NCBI GenBank assembly: GCA_018896835.1
Contig: JAHILS010000078.1
Location: forward strand, 1-37,328
Length of the DNA: 37,328 nucleotides
Direction: 5' to 3'
From: Patescibacteria group bacterium
Lineage (GTDB): Bacteria; Patescibacteriota; Patescibacteriia; UBA9934
Made by a program: the position numbers and the translations under genes. Under the pieces are notes generated by a model, which was given only the letters and a program-made list of their open reading frames with translations, did not search any database and was not told the origin of the DNA. Positions 26,189-32,496 of this stretch are shown in pieces. The first letter of the stretch is position 1; each line of letters begins with the position of its first letter.

Positions 26189-26710
26189 ATGAAATCAAAA
26201 TTTCTTAAATCAAACTCACAAACAACTCGTCTTCTAATTCGTATAGGAGATGGGTTGGAGAATATTTGTTTCACACTTGAGAACTCTCGTCTAGTTATGT
26301 CAGTAGGTATAGATGATGCAAGGACTATATTATGGCGTCGCGAACAGACAAGGATAAGAAGAACGATGCGCCAACTGAAGGAAAAAAAACTAATTAAGGT
26401 CAAAAAAGTAGGAAATAAGTACAATGTACTGCTGACAGATGAAGGCATGATCGAATACCTCCATCACAAACTTATTGATTGTAATGAGTTTGAAGACGAC
26501 CAAGTCACCATGGTGATATTTGATATACCAGAGACTCAAAGACAGGTACGAAAACAATTACGTAGGTTTCTTGAAGAAGCATGTTTTATGCCGATTCAAA
26601 AAAGTGTTTGGATTTCAAAATTTGATTCAGGAGAAATATTGTCAAATTTTTTTCAATTAAAAGGTAGACAGAAATGGATCCGGGTATTTAAAGCTAAAAG
26701 ATTATCTTAA
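26189..26710 (+). CDS. Winged-helix plus Cas2/PaaX-C-like ferredoxin-fold protein (PaaX-like regulator family suspected)
   Basis: 173 aa. The N-terminal half contains a recognition helix and wing (IRRTMRQLKEKKLIKVKKVGNKYNVLLTDEG). The C-terminal half, VTMVIFDIPETQRQVRKQLRRFLEEACFMPIQKSVWIS...WIRVFKA, follows the b1-a1-b2 pattern of Cas2 and the PaaX middle domain. It is AT-rich like the backbone. Confidence 0.55.
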   Translation: MKSKFLKSNSQTTRLLIRIGDGLENICFTLENSRLVMSVGIDDARTILWRREQTRIRRTMRQLKEKKLIKVKKVGNKYNVLLTDEGMIEYLHHKLIDCNEFEDDQVTMVIFDIPETQRQVRKQLRRFLEEACFMPIQKSVWISKFDSGEILSNFFQLKGRQKWIRVFKAKRLS

Positions 26711-26731
26711 CAATCAGATTATCAACAAGAT

Positions 26732-26767
26732 TGGCTCACTTTGGGCCGATCGGACCAAAGTGAGCCA
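26732..26767. repeat. 36-nt CGATCG-core palindrome, family 1, copy 2
   Basis: Identical 36-mer lying between the stop of the 26189-26710 ORF and the stop of convergent ychF. Confidence 0.9.
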
Positions 26768-26816
26768 ATTGAATAAAATAACCCCACAAATTAAAACAAA
26801 AATCTTATACAAAGAA

Positions 26817-27893
26817 TCAAACCCCCACTCTAAAGTGACAAACGTCGCCGTCTTGCATGACATATTCTTTTCCTTCAACTCGTAGCTTGCCAGCTTCTTT
26901 GGCACCGACCTCGCCGTTATATTTTACAAAATCCTCATACTTAATTATTTCAGCCCGAATAAATGCTTTTTCAAAATCAGTATGGATTACACCGGCTGAC
27001 TGAGGAGCTTTTGAACCTTTTTGCACAGTCCATGCTCGTGTTTCTTTTTCACCAGTTGTTAAAAATGTGACCAAGTCCAGCATCTCGTAACTTTTTCTAA
27101 TTACCTGGTCTAGTCCCGATTCCCGCAAACCCAGTTCTTGCAAAAATTGTTTAGCATCCTCATCTGGCAATGACACAAGTTCGGCTTCAAGCTTTACAGA
27201 AATCGGAATTGCCATGCGCTCTATTCCAAAAGGTGACTGCCAATTACCAGCCTTGGCTGTTTGCTCGTCAACGTTGACAACGTAAAGAATTTTCTTGGTT
27301 GTGAGTAGTTGAATTTCCTTGAGCGCTTCTTGTTCTTTTTCTGTCAGCTCAACCGAGCTGGCCATTTTGCCTTGCTCGAGAGCTGTTTTGAACTTTTTTA
27401 AACCATCAACTTGTAAAAGTAAAAATTGATCTTTAGTACTTTTTGCTTTTGTTTCGATGGAATCGAGCCTACGATCTACGCTTGAGAGATCTGTCATTGC
27501 CAATTCCATTTCAATAATTTCTGCATCGCGTATTGGGTCGATGCTACCGTCAACGTGAATAATCTCTGGATCATGAAAGGCGCGAACAACGTGAACAATC
27601 ATATCTGTCTCACGGATGTTTGCTAAAAATTTATTACCCAACCCCTCTCCTTTATGTGCACCTTTTACAAGACCGGCAATATCCACAAACTCAATAGCTG
27701 TTGGGATGACCTTCTGTGAAGATGACATTTTTGCCAGCACAGAAAGTCGATCGTCTGGAACCTCGACAATCCCAACGTTTGGTTCAATCGTACAGAACGG
27801 AAAATTCGCGCAATCAACCTGCTTTTTAGTAAGCGCAGTGAAAAGCGTTGATTTACCAACATTTGGAAGTCCGACAATCCCTACTTTTAGCAT
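26817..27893 (-). CDS. ychF: Redox-regulated ATPase YchF
   Basis: 358 aa with the G1 motif GIVGLPNVGKSTLF and a C-terminal TGS-like block (VRAWTVQKGSKAPQSAGVIHTDFEKAFIRAE). Confidence 0.95.
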   Translation of the reverse strand: MLKVGIVGLPNVGKSTLFTALTKKQVDCANFPFCTIEPNVGIVEVPDDRLSVLAKMSSSQKVIPTAIEFVDIAGLVKGAHKGEGLGNKFLANIRETDMIVHVVRAFHDPEIIHVDGSIDPIRDAEIIEMELAMTDLSSVDRRLDSIETKAKSTKDQFLLLQVDGLKKFKTALEQGKMASSVELTEKEQEALKEIQLLTTKKILYVVNVDEQTAKAGNWQSPFGIERMAIPISVKLEAELVSLPDEDAKQFLQELGLRESGLDQVIRKSYEMLDLVTFLTTGEKETRAWTVQKGSKAPQSAGVIHTDFEKAFIRAEIIKYEDFVKYNGEVGAKEAGKLRVEGKEYVMQDGDVCHFRVGV

Positions 27894-27998
27894 ACGTCAC
27901 AAAGTCTACCTGATTTTGTGATTTTTTCAATCTCATCACCAAAAACCTCCGCTCTTAGAGGTTTAGTATTATAAAATTTTATCTTGGCAAATAAACGT

Positions 27999-28031
27999 AT
28001 AATTGACCTGTCAATTATATTTTGATAAAAA
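27999..28031 (+). promoter_or_regulatory. Putative promoter of cassette C overlapped by a 20-bp palindrome (possible operator)
   Basis: TTGACC (28003-28008), a 17-nt spacer, then TAAAAA (28026-28031). The palindrome ATAATTGAC-ct-GTCAATTAT spans 27999-28018. GAGG lies 6 nt before the ATG at 28071. Confidence 0.35.
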
Positions 28032-28070
28032 AGAAGCGGTTTCGATCACCCCCAAACCCATGAGGACACC

Positions 28071-28598
28071 ATGGATCACCTGATCATCGAAGAACTCCAG
28101 GCTTTCTTCTTCCGCGCCATGCTCCAGGGCTGGATCACGGGAAAGAAGGCCAAGCCGATCGAAGGCCTGCCTGGCTACAAGGGCTTCCGACACCAAGAGG
28201 ATGCGGGAGGGTACAAGCTCCTGCTCGTCGACGCCTGGTGTAGTGGCATGGACGACTACTCCTCCGGCTTCACCACGATCTACACCTCTCCCAAGGACAC
28301 CGACGACGGCAAGCCGATCTGGACTCCGGTCTGGACCATGAACTACATGGGTCACTACGATGAGGGGGAAATCATCGTCGTGATGGATGCGCTACGCCAG
28401 GCCTATCGTACCAGGCAATTCATCGGTGGCCGAGGACTAAACTCGGTCAGGTGTGGTAACTTGCGCTACTCCAACAGAACTGGTCATACGGCCTGCTTCG
28501 AATCCTTCGACGGCATCGAGCATGTCGAAAGTAGTAAACGCACTCCCGGCTTCCATGAATACTCCGGTGGGGTGCTCTTCGACCACAAGAAGAAGTAA
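28071..28598 (+). CDS. Hypothetical protein, DUF5680-like by pattern (high-GC cassette C)
   Basis: 175 aa. The spacing of conserved aromatic and Gly residues (W.MNY.G..., GGRG..., Y.N...G....F.G.E, Y.GG) resembles DUF5680 as I recall it. This was not verified. Confidence 0.45.
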   Translation: MDHLIIEELQAFFFRAMLQGWITGKKAKPIEGLPGYKGFRHQEDAGGYKLLLVDAWCSGMDDYSSGFTTIYTSPKDTDDGKPIWTPVWTMNYMGHYDEGEIIVVMDALRQAYRTRQFIGGRGLNSVRCGNLRYSNRTGHTACFESFDGIEHVESSKRTPGFHEYSGGVLFDHKKK

Positions 28599-28640
28599 GC
28601 GTCACCCAATTTCGTCATCCGTCCTTCGGGACGAGTCCGT

Positions 28641-28666
28641 GCCCTGCGCCACCACTGGCGCGGGGC
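28641..28666 (+). terminator. GC-rich terminator of cassette C
   Basis: GCCCTGCGCC-accact-GGCGCGGGGC is followed by TTATTGCTTTC. Confidence 0.6.
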
Positions 28667-28794
28667 TTATTGCTTTCAAATTATTTTTCATACTTTGGAC
28701 GATCGTCAACTTTATGAAAAATTTATTTTAGAAAAATGCCTATTATCCACATTATTGATGTTCGTATACAAAATACAGGATGATGAACGGTCGA

Positions 28795-28823
28795 TTGACA
28801 GATAGCATATTTACAGCTAATAT
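28795..28823 (+). promoter_or_regulatory. Near-consensus sigma70 promoter of cassette D
   Basis: TTGACA (28795-28800), a 17-nt spacer, then TAATAT (28818-28823). GGAG lies upstream of the ATG at 28892. Confidence 0.55.
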
Positions 28824-28891
28824 TTGCTATCAGCTCTTTCTCACTTCCATCAACGGTACACCGTCAGCGTACCAAACCTCCGGAGAACGCC

Positions 28892-30004
28892 ATGTCCTTC
28901 CTCATCGTCCTCTTCATCCTCATCGGTTCCATATTCGCGCAGGACCTGACGGTCATGCAGGCCCACAAGACCTACGGGCTCTTGGTGGCTACCGAGAGCT
29001 TCGCGGAGTCAGAGCTGTCGCGCCCGAATGCGACGGCCCTGTGCTCCAAGAACGTGCTGGCTCTCTACAAGTCCATGCCGTTCTCGCAGATCACCAACCT
29101 GTGCAAGCCAGAGGACGCCACCCGCGCCAGCATCCTGGCCTCGGCCAGGCAGATTCAGGAATGCGCCCAGGCGGGCGACACCGTCCTGTTCTTGTTCACT
29201 GGAATGGGCGTAGGTGGAGACTTTGGTGAGCCCATGTTGCTCACCTATGACTCTGCGTTCACTTCTGAAGCAATGGCAGGAACGTCCATCAGGATCGACG
29301 AGCTCACCTCTGTCCTGTCCAAGGACGGAGTGCAGATCATCATGCTGTTGGATGCGTCGCTCAACACCAAGTTCGACCTGGTGACTGACAGTGATCCGCA
29401 ATTGATGACCACCGCGGGCCCGATCGCATCGGACGTGCCGGGCAAATACCTGTCTCTCTCCTACGCACCCAGCGTTGGAGTATGGCCACAAGATCCCGAC
29501 CTGTTTGGCAACACGCTCGCGCACGCGCTCGGTGGCGCGGCCGATGCCAACAGTGACGACACGATCACGCCCGGCGAGATCAACCGCTTCATGGTCGAAC
29601 AGATCAACACCCAAACTGGGATGCCCCCGGGCGTGCGCGGTGAGTGGAGGTCGGCGACCGAACCGATCCTCACGCTCAAGCCAGAACAAGAGCTGGCGAT
29701 CGGGTTTCCCGAACCTCATTCGTGGCGACCGATGGTCTCGCCGACCGTAAAGCGCACGGCCATTATCAGCGGAGCGTCGATGCTCGCGATCGGCGGGGCG
29801 AGCTTCGCACTTTCCTGGCGGGCGCAGAAGTGCCTGGAGGAAGTCTGCTACCAAAACCGTGACGAGTACGACTCCGCGGTTTCCCAGCGCAATGCCTTCC
29901 TCTGGGTAACCAGAGGAGCAAGTACGCTCGGCGCAATCGGACTGGGCGGAGGTCTCGTCCTCCAACCCAACAGTGCCAGCTTGAGCCTCACGGCTCGCTG
30001 GTAA
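28892..30004 (+). CDS. Secreted, C-terminally membrane-anchored caspase-like (peptidase C14 fold) protein lacking the catalytic His/Cys dyad (high-GC cassette D)
   Basis: 370 aa with a signal peptide MSFLIVLFILIGSIFAQD. The caspase-domain layout is YGLLVA...DAT...GDTVLFLFTGMG...LLTYD...IIMLLDAS. The usual SGHG is TGMG and D(A/S)C is DAS. Two hydrophobic helices lie near the C-terminus. Confidence 0.5.
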   Translation: MSFLIVLFILIGSIFAQDLTVMQAHKTYGLLVATESFAESELSRPNATALCSKNVLALYKSMPFSQITNLCKPEDATRASILASARQIQECAQAGDTVLFLFTGMGVGGDFGEPMLLTYDSAFTSEAMAGTSIRIDELTSVLSKDGVQIIMLLDASLNTKFDLVTDSDPQLMTTAGPIASDVPGKYLSLSYAPSVGVWPQDPDLFGNTLAHALGGAADANSDDTITPGEINRFMVEQINTQTGMPPGVRGEWRSATEPILTLKPEQELAIGFPEPHSWRPMVSPTVKRTAIISGASMLAIGGASFALSWRAQKCLEEVCYQNRDEYDSAVSQRNAFLWVTRGASTLGAIGLGGGLVLQPNSASLSLTARW

Positions 30005-30022
30005 AATCGCACAAATAACTAC

Positions 30023-30047
30023 GCCCGACCTCCCCTGGAGGTCGGGC
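30023..30047 (+). terminator. GC-rich terminator of cassette D
   Basis: GCCCGACCTC-ccctg-GAGGTCGGGC is followed by GCTCATGTTTTC. Confidence 0.6.
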
Positions 30048-30069
30048 GCTCATGTTTTCTGCTAAAACT

Positions 30070-30109
30070 ATTTGCCATATAGTGTTCGATCGAGCACTAT
30101 ATGGCAAAT
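30070..30109. repeat. 40-nt CGATCG-core palindrome, family 2
   Basis: ATTTGCCATATAGTG-T-TCGATCGA-G-CACTATATGGCAAAT has perfect 15-bp arms. It lies between the cassette D terminator and the stop of the convergent TPR membrane gene. Confidence 0.9.
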
Positions 30110-30127
30110 TCTCAATCTGAAATTTAT

Positions 30128-32491
30128 TTATTCCACTAAATCCAAAGTCTGACTGTCCTCCAGTGGCTCCAATACTTCATCCGTAACCAGCCCCGCTTGC
30201 AGACGACCTAATCTTTCGGTGATCAACACATTGTCAGGATTTAGCTCTAAAACTTTTTGCACTTCCTCAATCGCTCCCTCTATATTTCCTTGTTGTTCGT
30301 AAACAGATGACAAAAACCAACGAGCATTACTATAATCTGGTGACAAAGTTATAACATACTCAAATTCTGTTTTTGCATCATCAAGCTTTCCTTGTTGCAG
30401 ATACAAAAATCCGAGCTGGAGGATCAAATTAGCATCATATGGATTATCTGCTTGTAGTGACCTTATTCTAGCAATGGCTTCGGAAAGATTACCTTGACGC
30501 TCATAGGCAAGTGCCAAATAATATTGAGCTGGCGCATAATCACTCTTTAAAGAAAGCGCAGTATTCATGGCGTCAATCGCATTTGTTAATGCGAGCAGTC
30601 TGGCTTGTATTGAAGAATTAGCTAAAGCCTCATCATCACCACTAATAATTGAAGCAAGAGCATCAGCTTGCGCTAAATATCCTTGTCCCAACGCCAAATA
30701 GTACTTTGGATTTGTGGGAGCAAGCATTATAGCTGACTGATAAGCTAATATAGCAAACTCGTCGGCTCCTAAAACAAACGGCGTGATCTCTCGGTAAATG
30801 TCTCCAAGCATCAACTGATTTTCAATAACATTAGGAGATAATTGCACTGCTTTGATTGCATTACCAGTGCCTTGGTCGATATAACTAAAAACGATTTCCG
30901 GATTGACCGATGTATCTGAAAGCAACTCTCCACTTTTATACAAATAGGCATAGGCTAAATTTCTAGCATATACATCGTTCCGCTTGTTTAAAGCTTGTGC
31001 CATGGTTAACTGCTCTATAACTTCATCAGCTGATCCGCCAGATGCACTACTAATAATCGCCTTGGCATAGACAATGTCTGACCCATACCTGGAAGCTGTT
31101 AAAAAACCGATCGTCAAAACACACAAGGCGCATATCATCCCAATAAATACAGCAAAAAATAAATGAACTTGTGACTTACCAAACACGATTCTTTTTTCTG
31201 ACGTATAACCAATGCCAAGAATCATGGCGCTGAGCATCCAAAATATTACTTGCAGGGTCATGTCCGAAGAATAGAAAAATTGCGATATTGCTAAAGACAA
31301 CCATGCCAGCGACAACCCCAAATACAACTGATGCTCAGCTCCTTTGCTATTTACAACTATCTTAAAGCCATTTACCAGCATTAGAACAAGCAGTAATAAA
31401 TAAAAGAAAACTGTTGCCCAGCCCATTGTGGTTAGCATTGTTAGGATATGGCTTGATGATCGATTAAAAACTGTATCCCATAAAACTGAGTTATTTAAAA
31501 CCTCTGGCTTGTATTTTTGGAAATTAATTTCGTACGTGCCAGGACCTGACCCAAATAACAATGAATTTTCTGACAAAGTCTGTTGCGAAATCTGCCAACT
31601 TGTCTGAGTAGTTGGCGCCAACTCTGGCGGAGTACTGAGGCTTCCTGGCGTGGAAACGAAAATAAATAACAAACAAGCGACAAGTATGGCTACCAATAAA
31701 AATAAATTTTTACCCTTGATAACTGTTATGCGATGTGAGAATGAGCTAATAAAGATGGCGCAAATAGCGATTGCTAGCAATGCCCAGAGCAACCAAAAAT
31801 CAAGAGCGTAAAGAATAAAAATGGTAAATGGAATTATAACGTAGCTGGAAACTCGGGTGGCAAAACCGGTTACGCCCGCAAATAAACTCTTAGGCAATTC
31901 CTTAATGTTAAACAATGCTGACAGGGAAAGAGCAAACATGGCAGTGCTATAAACTCCAAGTGCGTTTGGAGCACCGATGAAATTCTGTTGTAAAATTACA
32001 ATGTTAAAAAGAGATAATACTTGCAAAAGCAATATTATTGAGGCTGGAATAAGCAAAGCCTGGATAAACTTTGGAAGCGTTTCTTGACTGACAACATTTA
32101 ATCCAACTAGCAAAAAAATTATGCATGAGCCCCAGGTTAATAGACTAGTATATTCCTGGCCCGACGACCCAAACCAGCTTTGGTATTGAGCCAAGGAAAA
32201 AATGGTTGAAATTAAAACACTGACAAAAAATGCCAGCAACAAGCCGTGAATCCAGGTTTTTTTTACAACTAATGCTTTTTGAATAACAAGTGAACTGGCC
32301 CATGCTAGAAAAGAGATAATAGAACAGAAGACTAATAATGTTTGCTTATTTATCTCCAACGCCTCTGACGTCCAGGGCAAATAAGTAATCGGTACTAGCG
32401 CAACTGCCAGTAAAAAGAAAAAACGGGCTATGAATTGCGAGAATAAAACGAGACGATGTTCTCGCCTATGCAAGAGATCATTTATAATCAT
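30128..32491 (-). CDS. Polytopic membrane protein with C-terminal TPR repeats (O-antigen ligase/Wzy-like family suspected)
   Basis: 787 aa. Roughly the first 470 residues are a series of hydrophobic helices. The C-terminal 300 aa or so carry clear TPR units (e.g. AQYYLALAYERQGNLSEAIARIRSLQADNPYD, ARWFLSSVYEQQGNIEGAIEEVQKVLELNPDN). It starts 6 nt after the upstream stop. Confidence 0.7.
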   Translation of the reverse strand: MIINDLLHRREHRLVLFSQFIARFFFLLAVALVPITYLPWTSEALEINKQTLLVFCSIISFLAWASSLVIQKALVVKKTWIHGLLLAFFVSVLISTIFSLAQYQSWFGSSGQEYTSLLTWGSCIIFLLVGLNVVSQETLPKFIQALLIPASIILLLQVLSLFNIVILQQNFIGAPNALGVYSTAMFALSLSALFNIKELPKSLFAGVTGFATRVSSYVIIPFTIFILYALDFWLLWALLAIAICAIFISSFSHRITVIKGKNLFLLVAILVACLLFIFVSTPGSLSTPPELAPTTQTSWQISQQTLSENSLLFGSGPGTYEINFQKYKPEVLNNSVLWDTVFNRSSSHILTMLTTMGWATVFFYLLLLVLMLVNGFKIVVNSKGAEHQLYLGLSLAWLSLAISQFFYSSDMTLQVIFWMLSAMILGIGYTSEKRIVFGKSQVHLFFAVFIGMICALCVLTIGFLTASRYGSDIVYAKAIISSASGGSADEVIEQLTMAQALNKRNDVYARNLAYAYLYKSGELLSDTSVNPEIVFSYIDQGTGNAIKAVQLSPNVIENQLMLGDIYREITPFVLGADEFAILAYQSAIMLAPTNPKYYLALGQGYLAQADALASIISGDDEALANSSIQARLLALTNAIDAMNTALSLKSDYAPAQYYLALAYERQGNLSEAIARIRSLQADNPYDANLILQLGFLYLQQGKLDDAKTEFEYVITLSPDYSNARWFLSSVYEQQGNIEGAIEEVQKVLELNPDNVLITERLGRLQAGLVTDEVLEPLEDSQTLDLVE

Positions 32492-32496
32492 AAATT

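Noticed and set aside
26135-26767. Mini-CRISPR idea: two identical 36-nt partially palindromic repeats next to a Cas2-fold gene
   Set aside because: There are only two repeats, separated by 561 bp that contain the ORF itself. There is no array of short spacers, no leader and no other cas genes in the window.
26714-26905. 63-aa minus-strand ORF
   Set aside because: Its 5' part (26817-26905) overlaps the 3' end of ychF in another frame and it extends across the palindrome. It has no support as a gene.
28743-28751. Perfect DnaA-box 9-mer TTATCCACA in the AT-rich spacer, and GATC-containing AT-rich tandem repeats at 21632-21660, as a possible oriC
   Set aside because: There is a single box only, which is expected by chance at appreciable frequency in 37 kb on two strands. 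The two signals are 7 kb apart, and no dnaA/dnaN or box cluster is present.
28011-29965. Long antisense or alternative-frame ORFs in cassettes C and D (28011-28355 -, 28780-29229 +, 29009-29965 -, 318 aa)
   Set aside because: They are GC-driven open frames. The plus-strand frames 28071-28598 and 28892-30004 carry the promoter, SD, signal peptide and domain logic. The 318-aa antisense product is Arg-rich with no motifs.
20384-30110. Integron array as an explanation for the same-strand cassettes followed by palindromes
   Set aside because: No intI integrase or attI is present in the window. The cassettes each have their own promoter and are interspersed with essential core operons rather than stacked. 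The palindromes lack the GTTRRRY/RYYYAAC boundaries I would expect. A looser attC-like mechanism is kept only as a hypothesis in the findings.
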